The notes under the pieces were generated by a model. It was not told the origin of the DNA. It ran no database searches and was given only the letters and a program-made list of their open reading frames with translations. The translations under genes were made by a program, and so were the position numbers. A DNA stretch of 63,437 nt, the filler included, from Bigelowiella natans CCMP2755 (Eukaryota > Protista > Cercozoa), in NCBI GenBank assembly GCA_000320545.1. It is 5 parts of 5 records of this genome, joined end to end, with 100 filler letters (N's around TTAATTAATTAA, not from the genome) between each part and the next. Parts side by side here need not be neighbours in the genome. Positions count along the whole stretch, not along the records: positions 19,043 to 41,928 come from ADNK01000680.1; 4 more parts are not named here. One strand, written 5' to 3'. Of the stretch, positions 25,003-38,400 are shown piece by piece (position 1 is the first letter of the stretch; each line of letters starts with the position of its first letter).

Positions 25003-25813
25003 ATGGACTTCTCCACCAACAAGCGAACAGTCATCGCGAGCATACTGCTCAATGCAGTGCTCCTCCTTATCGTAGCGATGGTAAGAACAGCATAGACTTC
25101 AAGAACCGGGGAGGATGGGGAGAGGGGGGGGGGGGGGGGCAACACGATCGAAGTGTCTACGTGGAATCCACGTAGACAGCATTTGAGCAATCTTTCCTAT
25201 TCTGCCTTCACTCGCACGATCTTATTTGAAACATTCAACAGCGTGCAGTGGATAGCCGTCGAGGTGTTCTTGAGACAAGTCTCCGTGGTGCAAAGGTGAT
25301 CTCGATGTGCGATGTATTCATCGGAGATCCCCTTTCCTTGTAGTCTTTGCTGATAAGCGAAATTATATATCAGAGCCACATGGGAGCGAGTAGCATGTTC
25401 TCGGCCGCCTCCCCTCATATCAGTCGATTTTCTCGGTCTAGAGGTTGTTGCTCATCTTCCCATCCATTCGTCTTGTCGCTTTGATGAACCATTGTTGCGA
25501 AATGGTGGTTATTGACGTATCATCGAATGTTTGGGTATATCGCAGCTTCTCTGGCTGCTAACGCTGACAGATTCAAGGTAATAAACGATAGTCGTTGAGC
25601 TACTGAAAAAGTACCCCCTTCCCCCCCACCCTTCCCTTTCTCTCACGCACATTGGCGAACGGCGCTTTTTCAGGTGCTCATCCTCCAAAACAAAGGGGGA
25701 GGACACGGGGAGATAGGGTACCAACACACGCACGATACCCCAATCTGTTCCAATGTATAGAGAGAAAAATCACACACACACGCAAACACACACACACGCG
25801 CGCGCGCGCGCGC

Positions 25814-25860
<47 letters not shown>

Positions 25861-26381
25861 CCAAAACACAACCAGACACAAAATGCCCAAACATACTATT
25901 GCGCGACTCAGATACCATCTCGCGAGCCAGCTTGCAACTGACGGGTACGTAAAATTACAACGACGAACGAGAAATCGAAGACAGGGAGAAAGGGGGAAGA
26001 TGAAAGGACATCAATTGTTGATTCATGGTCATCGATTTTAGTCATGCTGTGACGCTTCTGGGCGATCCTGCGACGAAGAAAGACAAGGTTTCGAGGAGGG
26101 GCATAGACAGGGAAGAGGGGGGGAGCGGGTTCGGAACAGTAGAAGAATCGGGATGCTAGCAGCGCTTTCTCCTATTGATAAATAGTCACTGTTCTTCGTC
26201 GAAATCCTCCTCTACAGTACATTCATCGGTGTTTTTTGCTGCCCCCCCCCCCCCTTCCCTCTTCGCCGTTTTAGCTCCCATTTAGCCGCTACGGTGATCT
26301 GATGGGCAAAGGTGCGCGACATCAAATCTTACGACCAATGAGGAGTGAAGGATTATTAGGATATTATTGATGGTTTTATTT

Positions 26382-26422
<41 letters not shown>

Positions 26423-27113
26423 CTCAGTAGCAAAACTTTCCTCCTCTTCTACCCCCTCTTCCTCCTCCTCCTCCTCCTCCTCCTCCTCCTCCTCCAGGAG
26501 TTACAATTAAATACGGCGACGCATGTTCCCCTGGGACCCTTCAAGAATTGGTAGAAATAATGCCTGATGCACGTGCATTCGTGGGCTGTACCGACACTGT
26601 GCATGCGCCCACGCACGCGACGACGAATGCAACAGCAACCCCAGCACTTCCTCACCGTGCAGTTGTTCAAAAAAGACACTACCTTACGCCGCACCCCGGC
26701 CGCCATCATCCTCTTTAATTTTGGTGCGCGCGTGCCTTTATATGATGCACTTCACTCATTAGGGGGAATTCGATGCTGTGTTTGACAACATATCGAAAGG
26801 CAAAGATTCTTGCAAGGTGAAGCCCCTCCCTCCCCCCTTCCTCCCCTCACCGTCGTCACAATAGCCGCCATCATTTGGAACCGCTATCTCTTGGCTGGAA
26901 CGTAGGTTGCTGCTGATAAGGCGAAGGAGTGGGGCGTGAAGCACTACGCCTACGTATCGTCCGCCGGCATGTAAAGGCTTCTTTTTTTCCCTTTCTTTTC
27001 GCAGTTCCTAGCAAACCTAGAATGCAACCAGCGAAACACAGCACGTCTCGTCGTGCATTTGTCCTTTATCAGCGCAAATATATGGAGCACCCTCCCGTAG
27101 CGTACCTCTGATG

Positions 27114-27148
<35 letters not shown>

Positions 27149-27864
27149 CTATATAAAGAACTCCCATTCCCTCGTGGCACCTCATCACCTCATCCATCGC
27201 CATGTCAACCGATTGCACCGATTGCTAGCTAATTGAGACCCTCTCCCCCTCTACCCCCTCTAGGTACAAGCCCGGGGTGATATTCCCAATGTCCGAGAGT
27301 CTCCCAGTGAAGGTGACGCTAGCGCGGCGGTGCCGCGTTTGCTGCTGTTGCGCTGTTACTTCTCCTTTCGCCCCCCCCCCTCCTACTCCGTAGCGTCGAT
27401 CCAACATCGCCGCGCCATGCCTATTATGCGATAGCTTGATTGAATACAACGGTGAACAACTCGTCAGGAGAGCGCCGGACAGAAAGAGGTGGAAGACTAC
27501 CTGAATTCCCTCGGACTTCCTTGGTACTTACAGCAGCCTTAGCCAGCTTCGGAGCTCTGATTGTCATCACATGTTTTGATTGATCACTCGTGCCCCCCCC
27601 CCCCCCCCTCTATGCTCCACAGGAGCTCATTCAGGCCTCAGTACATCTACGGCCCCCTCACAAACAAGCGCGACTACCTCGACTACTTCTTCGACCGCAT
27701 CGTGCGCGGCCGTCCGGTGCCTGTGGCGGGGAACGGGCAGCAGCTGGTGACGCTCACACACGCCGCTGATGTAGCTTCGATGCTCGGGTCGGTGCTAGAT
27801 GCGGGCGAGAAGGCGCACATGAAGGTATTTAACTGCGCCACCGACCAGGTCATGAAAAATAATA

Positions 27865-27921
<57 letters not shown>

Positions 27922-29021
27922 GTATATAATATTATCCCTTGTGCGCTGCTGAGTATGCACACTGTGTGTGCCTATGGGCGTGTGTGTGTGTGTGTATTGC
28001 CTCTCTACCGCACACAATAGCGGGTAATGACTTTACCGTAACCCACAAATCCTTGCCACGAGGATTCGCGACGGTTAACACTGCCCTACCTATTGCTTGT
28101 CTTGATCTTTCTCAATTGACTTCCATCGAAACCCCCCCCGCCCCCTCACCACGCACCCGTCCTCCATCCTACCCCGCTCATTACAGTTGATCACCGTGGA
28201 CGACCTGATTCATGTCTGTGCAAAGATCGCTGGTGAGTGTCATCTCCAATCTCTTTCATTTAAAGTCGGCTTGTACCTGCACAGTTTTCTGTTACTCTCT
28301 CCCTCTCTCTCTCCCTCCCTCCCACCCCCATCCTCATTTCCTCCCCCACTTCGTAGTAACTTGCCACGGTTTCGATGTCGTCGTTGTTCGCAGGTGTGCC
28401 GACCCCTCGCATCGTCCACTACGACCCTAAGAAGGTATTTTCTTTCTTGACGAGCCAGTTTTGTGGAGTGCAATCTCTCCCCCTCCCGCCCCCTCACCAT
28501 GAGAACAATGATGTCGATGCAGGTGAAATTGGAGAAGAAGGCTTTCCCGTTCCGTGATAGCAACTTCTTTGTCGCTCCTGACCGGGTTGTCATCGAACAT
28601 AGACGCACATGAAGCATGGATGAATGGACAACAACCTGACAAAGTGCACAGATGAATGTGTATACACATGTTTTTGTGCACATTTTGAAATGTGCACCTG
28701 CACATGTTGCGATTAACTGGCCCTAATTTGAATCCTCCTCTTCCCCCCTCGAACGGCCATTCTTCTGTGCACGCCATCAGGCGAAGGCTGAACTGGGATG
28801 GAGCTGCCAGCACGACCTAGAGAAGGAACTGAAAGCTTACTTCGAAGGCTACAGGGTCCTCACCGCACTGCTCTCTTTCTCATCACTTGACCGTGACACA
28901 ATGTCATGACCGCGTTCAATCCTGACTTTCATCTCGTCAACAGGCGCTCGGAAAGACGGAGAAGGACATGAGTTTCCCCATCGACGATACCATTCTGGGA
29001 CAAGTTCCGCAGCATGTTTAG
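25003..29021 (+). CDS. CSP41A: Chloroplast stem-loop binding protein CSP41a-like (NAD-dependent epimerase fold) with bipartite plastid leader
   Basis: About 16 exons: leader MDFSTNKRTVIASILLNAVLLLIVAM..., KVLILQNKGGGHGEIGYHL, YVSSAG, SSFRPQYIYG, FFDRIVRGRPVPVAGNG, VHYDPKK, KKAFPFR, AKAELGW, DDTIL. Stop at 29019-21. Confidence 0.93.
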
Positions 29022-30702
29022 CTACTCAGGGCAAGGTTCAGGCGATCGCCTGCCCGATTCATCTTTGGATGATGTTTGCATTTGACGATGCACGAAAATG
29101 CCATCGTGAGTTGCAGACGTCACTTGAGAACGAATTGAGGCTCACGTTGTGCAACATGCAGTCCAAAAGTTGCAGTTTTCCATCCTTGATTTGGCCGCGA
29201 TTCATCACGACAATCTTGTCTATGACTGAGAGTGCCACACAACACTTGATGTGACAGACACAGTGCATGACGCTGAGCATGCCACGCACGTGTCGTATTG
29301 CATGTCCACCATGAGTGTAACGTCCCTCAAAACAAAGGAGACTGTCTTGTGTGCTCCTGCTGCGCGCATCAATGTCGCTCCATTCGATCACTTCGATTCG
29401 AATTTGCATCATCAGCAGCGTGAACACCAGTTTGTTGTCACGTGTGTTCGTTCGACAGGTTTTTTCTGTGTGCTAATAGCTATCCCTAGATTTGCTGCAT
29501 GTGCGCGTCATTGGATCAAGTTGCCGTGCGTATGTGCACAACGCACGCATGCAGCGTGAGGTTTTTCTAAATCTGAGGGCTGGATCGAAAAACCGCACAC
29601 AAAATGAAACATGTGCAAAGCCGCGCATGCGCAGAGCAGGCAATGCGCGTGCGCACGCGCCCTGAAACTTGCTCGCAAGCGTTGTTTCTCATCACGTTCC
29701 GAAAGCTCATCACCTGCTTTGTCGTCCAAAAGTTTTCAACCGTCTCACTCATCATTGGTGTGGTGCACATCGATCGAGTTGTTGTTCATTCTGCGCGCTG
29801 CGCTGCTGCACCCAGCTAGCCAGCTAAATCTAGAGTGTCACCGGGTTTCTGCTGGTTGTGGAGTTCTAGCAGCTGGGCACACGTGTGCGATGTTGATGGT
29901 TGATGGTCGAAATGTGGCGAGCTTGCATTGATGGAACAATGAAAAGGTTTGCTTGACTGAGACATCGTTTGTGGCGTGTGTGTTGCATGGCATGGGCACG
30001 TCACCATCCACCATCACAGCTCCGTCAAACGTGCAACGAATCGCCAGAACATGCATTTGGAAGCTTTTGCGCGCGACCAAGCGCGTTGTGTGATGCAATG
30101 GACATTGGACTTGCTCGCATTTCTTTGAAATTTTTCGTGCACATCACACTTGGTCAAACACACGCGCAAAAGCATTCAAAATGTGGCAGAGAACAAACGC
30201 GCAGCGTGCATCCTCTGCACAACGGGTGTGAATTTTCACACTTTGCGCGCTCACTGAGGCCTCAAAAATGGACATTTGGGTCAATGTTTCGGTCATTTTT
30301 TGAGGTTTGGCCATCGGACAAGTTCTGATGACTTTTCTTTGACCAACTGCAACTGCCTGCTGCTTCAAAGCGCTGCACTGTTCACAACCCCGTCGTTACC
30401 GGGTTTGACGGAGCTGTGATGCATGCCAAAATGCCTCTGTCGCGCAGCCCCCAGATGCTGCTCCGGATCCCGATGCACGTGCATGAACACAGTGTGTGCT
30501 CAGTGTGCAACAAGGATGATGCATGCTGCGCTTCCGACCGAGCCGCGCTGTGCGCACCCACTACTGCATGGCTGCCATGAAGCAAACAACAGAGAAGTGC
30601 ATCAACACAGGCAATGATTACCTGGTCATGCAAAGATCATTTGCCACTTTTTCATAACCCCCTTAGGCACGGCCGATGAAATGCAGTGCAAATCCTACAC
30701 AG

Positions 30703-31283
30703 CTAAGCTCGCGGCGTTGATTCTTTTGGGCTCATCCTTGCTGCCTCCAACGCAGCGCCAAGGTCATCCAGGCTGAAAGTTCCGCTCTGAAGGTACTTCT
30801 CAGCCAAGAAGACTGAAGCCTCTTTTCCTACTTTGAAGCGCTCTCCTAACGACTTGGAGAGCTCCTCTACTTCCTTGGCCCGCTTCTCTTCTTTCTCGCT
30901 CCTTCGGTGCAGAGCGGCGGAGCTTTTCTTCGGTATCATGTGCTCGTGGTCGCTGTGCAGCTTCGTTTTTAGCTCCTCGCAACGCTCGATTGCTTCGCAG
31001 AGCTCGGTGACGGTGATCTCCCCGTCTCCGTCAACGTCGAATACCCGCCAGAGTCGATCGATAATTCTATCTTCCACGTTTATGCTGGTAAGTAGAGGTA
31101 CGAAAGGTTGTGTTTGTTGAAGGGCAGTGATAAAACGTGAGGACAAAGGAATGCATGGCCAAGATGCGCCATTCTGCTGCCACACCGCAAATTTCCATAA
31201 CGTACACGCGGAGCTGTTGTATGACTGCTACTATAATTACGTTTTTACTATTGTAATTTCTCTGTCTTGAGGGTGCTTCTGAT

Positions 31284-31347
<64 letters not shown>

Positions 31348-31580
31348 CGTTTTAAATCTTACTGGAAGGTGCTAAGAAATTCTTCGAATTCCTTCTTGTC
31401 AATCTTGTTGTCGCCATTTTTGTCCATAAGCATCATCCACTGATACATTTGGCCCACCTTTGAGTACAGAAGCTACAGGGAGCGCCCGGGGGAGAGAAAC
31501 CATCCAGAACAAGGGAGAGGGGAGAGAGAGTGAATATCGGAGGTTGTGGACGGATACGAGGTCGTTTAGTGTATACTGTA

Positions 31581-31615
<35 letters not shown>

Positions 31616-31762
31616 GCATGTGCTGAAAAGGAGTGAGATGGAGCAAACCTCCCGAATCTTAGAGACGAGATTTACTACAGTCCGATTTTCCTCATATCTC
31701 GTCAAAGGTATCTCCCTCTCAGCTTTCAATCTGAAGCACAAACACACACACACACACAGAGC

Positions 31763-31809
<47 letters not shown>

Positions 31810-34033
31810 ATTTCTCTATTGAACGAAGTGCTTCAATCTGATAGTGCCTGCAACTCCCTTGACTACAAACGCTACACTCACGCACAAGCGCACGATTCTT
31901 TTTTTGGTTACGTCTCATTCTCCTTTGCTGCAACAGCAAGCAAGCCTACTGACCTGGCCTCTTCCTCCTTCCTTTCACGCTCGGCCTTTTCCTGGTCCAC
32001 GTAGTACTGTTTGAGCTTTGTCTTGTACTGGGACGTGAATCTCTCCTCCTTCAGCACGCGAAAACGGTACCCATTGATCTCAACGATCTTGCCCTCGGCG
32101 ATGTCCGTGACGTGGAAAAAGTTCCTCGTCTCCTTGTTGATACAGCGCGTCCTGGAGAGAAACCGCCCTCCGGTAAACCCACTGTTCCTCTCCGCAAGCT
32201 CGTGGATTTCAATGCTGTCGTCCTCCGGGTAGAGCTTCAGGCAGAATCGACGCTCCTTGAAGTCGGGCACGCGCGTCACCAGCTCCGCCGTCCATCGAAA
32301 CGTCACGCCGTTCATCTTCACGAACCTGTCGAAGTCCTTCTTCGATTGGCGCGGAACTAGGTTGAGGAAGGAGGAGAGCGAGTCTTCAGGAGTGCCGAAG
32401 CCCGTCCCTTCCGGGGGGAGCATAACGGGGCCCTCGGCCGTCTCCATCTCCGGCATCATGCTCGGCTGCTTGAATTTGTACTCAGCGAGGTAGAAGTCCT
32501 CCGTGAACTTGTCGCAGGCGCACAGCTTGAAACGCCGTCCGTACACGTTGATAAGCGTTCCCACTTTGAAGTCCGCGTCAGTGTAGTAGTCCACACCGCC
32601 CGGTGGGCCGAAACGGCCGGTGTCCTTCGTCGCAGCGTACGTGTCCTTCGGGAGAAGGCATCGCTTGAGCAGAACTTTGAGTGGCTCTCGGCCGCTGTTG
32701 TTGTCATGGACCTCGCATACCTTCACCGTGCCGTCTGAGAGGAAGTAATACAGCACGAACACGCGCTTCTCGTCGTACAATGCCGTTTCCTCTCGGACCC
32801 ATGTGCAGAAAAACCGCAGAACCTTTCGATCGAACTGCATAAACCTGTAACAGTTTTAAAGCTCAGTTCACGGGAAGAGAGCGAATCGGACGTGTGCTGT
32901 TTCGAAATCTCTAGGCATTTCTTCCAGAATGAATCTTTTTTCGTCGACATATGCTACCCCCTATCCTAAGCAGCTCCTCCTCTATATCGCCCCCTCCCCC
33001 CCTAACCGCCGTCATAATTAGCAGCACAGTCGCTTCCAACAACTTCACCTGTGCACGAAGCCCTGGGGCCTTCCAGCGTTGGGTTTACCGATAGCTCCAT
33101 CAAGGTAGGAGCAAAGATCGTTTTTCCTCAGCCTATGATCCTTCTCCTTAATGGCGTCCCCTGTATTTGGGCCAAAGTAGGGCTGAAAGGGGCATTTGGG
33201 TTTCGTCGCCGGCTCGCCAAGCTCTAACTTATGCTCCTCGAAAAATTGTTTGGTGAAGCCGTCGCAGCCGGTGATGTGGAACGTTCGGCCGTAGATTTTG
33301 ACGCTCGACCCCAACTTGAAATCGGGCACACCGAAATAATATATTTGCCCGTTTGCGCGTCTTCCCTTCGCTACCATATGTCTCTTGAGAAAGATACCTG
33401 AATGAATCATTTGAGTTATCTTACTTGCTAGGTGCCATGCATTCGTGAAAGACTCTCTTCTTAGTATTGATTGATTAATATCTGCGTGAGAACCTTGTGG
33501 AATTGCACAGTTTTCCACAAAAGGCTCCCTGATTTGCATTGTCCCATCCTCAAGGAAGTAGTAGATTTTACAGTGCCGTATCACTTTCTGCTCATCGATT
33601 GTGTCTTCAAAGTAGCAATCAAACCGAAGAACCTTCTTCGCGTAAGCAATCCAAGCAGGATGATCCATATCATCATTTTTGCTTCCAAATTTAGCCTCGA
33701 TGAGATTGAACTTAGGTAACACAAAACATGAATCTTAGTTCTCTCTTCCCTCCACATATTATATGAGTACAGTAATATTTGGAGTGTTCTGGTGTTATTA
33801 CTTCCACAAAAACAAATTGATGAAACCACCTTTTTATTCTTGTTGAAGTTATCCTTAGAAACTGGCTGCTGATGGTTCACCTCGTTCACAGTTTTCCATT
33901 TTGGTGCAAGTGCTGTTCGTTGAGAAGGATTTGCGATTCGCCGTGTCCCCTGAACAATCCGGAGGCGCTGGGGCCTAAGGTACGACTCCTTTTTTGGTGG
34001 GGAGAGAGAATATCCCCAAGCAAAAGCTTTCAT
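30703..34033 (-). CDS. EFHC/Rib72-like axonemal protein: three DM10 domains plus C-terminal EF-hands
   Basis: DM10 repeats (KVLRFDCYF...YYFLEDGTMQI; KVLRFFC...YYFLSDGTVKV; FRWTAEL...DDSIEI). A GTCAGT donor near 31958 splices to exons with the EF-hand loops DKNGDNKIDKKEF and DVDGDGEITVTEL. Confidence 0.88.
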
Positions 34034-35400
34034 CCCCGTAGCTCAGCTCCCTTTAAAACAACCAGCTTTGTTTAAAGCGGAAGCGGTTTGTTTCACTGCA
34101 GGGGGGCCGTTAGTTTCGGGCACAATTTTCAAGATCAAAACCTGCGACAGAGATTTTCTTTAGTCGCTTCCCTAAGATGTCATCAGAATTCCAGTCGTTT
34201 GTGCTTCATTCTTCCTTCGAGCCCGAGGGAAAGAATTGACGTTTAACTGTTAACCCCCTTCATTCTTGGCTAGATTTAATTTGGAGGCAAGCTGTTTGCA
34301 CAACTTCCAACTGACAGAATCTTCGCAATGAAGGCAAATGTCCACTCAGAATGGTCTACGCATGGTCAAAGCTATTGTCGCATGCACCAAACTGGAAATT
34401 TTTGAGTTTTGTACATGCGATAAATAGAGTTTCAAAATTATTACTCGGCCGAGAAAATATATTCAGGCCGGCGAAATCTAAAGTCTATTTTTAGTAAAAA
34501 CTGGAATTTTCCTGCTGGCGTTCCCATTGTGGCTCCCTGTATGCTGGAGGACGACAAAGAATCGGGACACGGAGCTCAAGGAAGAGAGGCATTTGTGAAC
34601 CCTCTCAGAAGAACTGTTTGTTAATAAATAGGATACAACACGAGTATTTTGTTATACGACTGAATATTTATTATTTTGTATTAAAAAATATAACCTTTTC
34701 TTCTGAATAAATTGTAGAGAAGAAAGATACAGAATCTCAAAAAGTACCGATGATGAGTTTAAGTAATCCTCGGGAATTTATCTGGGCCCATCACTTCTAA
34801 ATGATGTCGCAGATATGGAATGGCGATCAACTTTTGTACTTCGTACTTTAATTCCCTCCGTAGCTGTGAGTATGTTCTATGACGTATCCTTAAATTAACC
34901 TATAATCTCATAAATGTCATCTTAATCCTCAGGAATCCCTGACAATCAAAAACAGGAATTAAAACTTATATTTCAGAGCCCAGATGACTAGTGTGAAGAA
35001 ATATATTCTGTATTTTATAAAAGACATATAATAATACCAAAAAATACGATAAATAAACGGCATCAACCTTTACAAGTCTTTAGTTAGGTCTGAGTCGCCA
35101 CAGAAGTTGCCTGGCACGTTCAGGCCAGCCACATTCCAAGAGGTCCTTACGTGGCTCCCGCACCTGCTGCTGAACAGTTTTTCATTTTCTTTTTTGGATG
35201 AATAAAAGTTATTCGGAAGTCTGGGAAGGGGAGGCAGGGGCTGGCAAGGGGTTGGGATCTCGCACAAAACAAAATGCAGTGTACGAATGAGTATCGGAAT
35301 TTTTAGTTCGATCCACCACAGCTCCTCTCACCTGTCCATGGTAAATTTCAGGAAACTTAAAACAAAAGAGGTGAAAAGGGGGATTAGAAACACAACATAG

Positions 35401-38400
35401 ATGAGTAATCGCTCGAAAATACGACAATGGAAACCGGTTCGGGAAGATGAAAGTGGACGCAAGGCATGCAAAGGAGTCAAAGGAGGTGCATTCACTTTAG
35501 ACTACCACTTCACATATACGTGCTGATGTGGACCTATCCGAGACACACACGCATGCTCCGAACTTATAAATTTTGTAAAATCAGGGCAAGCTAAGAATCA
35601 AAAGCGGCGGAAACCGCGTTTCAGGGTCAAAAAGAAGAAAGAGATGAGGGCCACGGCGGTTGAAGAGGTGAAAGAGAAGGAGGCGAAAGAGCAGCTTTCA
35701 AGACCATCAACTTCTTATCAGTCAGAGAAAGAGGCTGTAACTACTGGTGATTTCTTTTGTCGAAAAACAGCAAGAGCATCTATTTAATGCATTCCATATT
35801 ATCAGAACCAGTGAGAAGCACGGACGCTTACATAGACGAGGGACCCTTACCACCAGGTTGTTTAACCCATTCGTCGCTGCCGAAGAGGGACGGGAGGGAG
35901 AGGGGATGAGAGGGTGGGGGTAATAGATGGGAGAGAAGATATTAAATTGGAATAGAAGGCGGTGCCGATCCAAAAATACGCCTTGCTGATCTTATTACCA
36001 CCCCCCCTCCCGCCCCCCCTCCACCACAGGATGGAGTGAGTACAAGAACGACGACGGTATCCCGTACTACCATCATCCGGAGCACGGAAGCGTATGGGAA
36101 AGACCAAAAGGAGACGGTGCTGGGGAGGACGACGAAATCGCAGAAGGCAGACGACTGAAGTCGGAGAGTGAAAGGGCAGAGGACCTGGAAGAAAAACTCA
36201 TACAGAGCGGCGATCCCTTCGACAGGGAGGACGACGACGACAACGACGACCGAGAGAACCTCCCGGAGGGGTGGACAAAGCATGTGACAAAATCAGGGAA
36301 AGCATACTATGACTACGATGACGGTGAGATGACAATACGTTCGTGGTCACGCCCAACGAAGGCACCGACGAAGGAGACACGAAGAGAAGTGGAGAGCGCG
36401 GGCGATGCAGCCCCAGCTAATAGTAGCAGCAGTAGGCAGCTCGGAACAACTTCAAACCACAACCAAAACCACCAAGAGTCATCGGGTCGCAGAGATAAGA
36501 CAAGGAATGCGGGAGGTCGTGACAGCAGTAGAGACGCGGTTCCCGTACTGGATGCGCGACGAGGAGGGGCCCAACCTTACCGCCCCCCCGGCAGGCGAAA
36601 CGAACGTGGCAGCGGATCGCGAGATTCTGGCAGGACTCGTGGTGGGTCCCCTCCCGCTCGCATAGCGCGGGGGCCAACCCAGCAAGAGGAGTCTTCAAAG
36701 CCGAAGAAGAAGAGATTCGAGAGGCCGGATTTCAAGCAGATAGATCAGCGGCGAGGGGCCAGTAGCAGCAGCAGCAGTAGAACCCCCTCTGGCAGCCCCG
36801 TCGACCCGGAGAAGCGTATCCCAGGCCTCCGTATCAACAGCTTCCTTCCTGAGATCGTGGATCTGGTGAGCAAGAACCCGATCGTGGGTATTGTTGCTCC
36901 CACGGGGACGGGGAAGACCGCGGGAGTGCCGCCGACCCTCGCGCTCGGGTTTAAGACGACGATATGGGTCACCGTCCCCACGCGCTCCGCCACCAAGATA
37001 TGGGAGTGGGTAAGCGGCCACTACAGGGAGCTCAGGTTCGGAATGGCGGCCAACTCCGTCCGCACGTACACCCGCGAGACGGACGTGGTGTACATGACCA
37101 CGGGGCACATGTACCTCAAGCTCCTGAGCATCATGCGGCGGCTTAGGTATAAGGCCAAGCAGATGCGGAAGGAAGGGAAAGACCCTGCTGCAGACCTGGA
37201 GAAACCAGCGACGCTCCCCGGGATTCTGATGGTGGACGAGACTCATCACCCGAGCACGGAGAACTACGCCCTGCTGAAGCTGCTCAAGTACATGAGGGAG
37301 GAGTTCCCCCAGACGGTGCCGAAGCTCGTCGTGTCGTCGGCGACGTTTGGCGTGGAGGCCTTCGTGAAGGACTTCCCGATCGCGAAGATGATAACGATCC
37401 CCGTCGAATCGTACGATGTGGCCATCCGCTACCTCCCCTCGCCCGTGACCCAGAAGAAGGAGATCCTGGGCCGCGCGGCCGACGCGGCGCACGAGATCGC
37501 GTCGTCCATCGTGCGCAAGAGGGACTCAGGGGTGATAATCGTCTTTTGCTCCGGAAAGGCTGAGGTGGAGCAGGTGTGCGAGTTCGCCGAGAGCAGGGCC
37601 AGGCGTGGGGTCTCGGTGATGCCCCTGTACTCCAGCCTCCCCGCCGCGGAGATCGACGAGGCGCTGACCGAGGTGAAGGACGGCGGGGTGAGGATCGTCG
37701 TGGCGACCAACCTCGCGGAGTCATCGATCACCATCCCCAACACCAAGGCCGTCGTCTCCACCATGTACCACAAGGAGGTGCAGCTGGGCCTGAACGAGCG
37801 CCAGCTGCTCAAGGAGGTGACGATCTCGCAGGCCTCCGCCGACCAGCAGAAGGGCCGCACGGGGCGCACGTGCCCGGGGATATGCTACCGCATGTGCACG
37901 GAGCGGGAGTTCAAGGCGCTCGACAAGTTTGACTCCTCCGAGATCCACCGCTCCGACCTCTACCGCGTGGTGCTGGACTTCGTCTCCGCCTGCTTCTCCC
38001 CCCACGAGATCTCGCGCATCCTCGAGCTGCCGATGGAGCGCGTGCACACGGGCGTGAGCCGTCTGGTGGCGCTCGGCATGCTCGAGAAAAGCGAGGGCAG
38101 GGCGGCGCTGCTCAACGCTGACGCCAAGCAGCAGAAGGGCACCAGCGAGTACGACCTGCTCACGTTCAAGGTGACGGAGATGGGGGAGTTCGTCTCCGCG
38201 TTCCCGGTCATCCCGGAGATGGGGTGCGTGCTGTACTTCGCCCCGAACGACCCCGGGCTCCTCCGCCTCCTGCTCATCTGCGTGGCCTATGCCGAGACCG
38301 CCAACGGCGGCAGCTTCTTCTGGTTTCCGCGGCGCGAGTTTGACGAGTCCCCCAAGGCGTACGAGCTCCGGAAGCGCGACATCAAGCGCGACTTCCACGA

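Noticed and set aside
31436-31453. Apparent 18-nt GT-AG intron resembling nucleomorph tiny introns in the EFHC gene
   Set aside because: The frame reads straight through (LLYSKVGQMYQWMMLMD) into the EF-hand, so no intron is needed.
34750-34945. Box C-like ATGATGA and a distant CTGA suggesting a C/D snoRNA
   Set aside because: No terminal stem or rRNA-complementary guide could be identified and the spacing is unconvincing.
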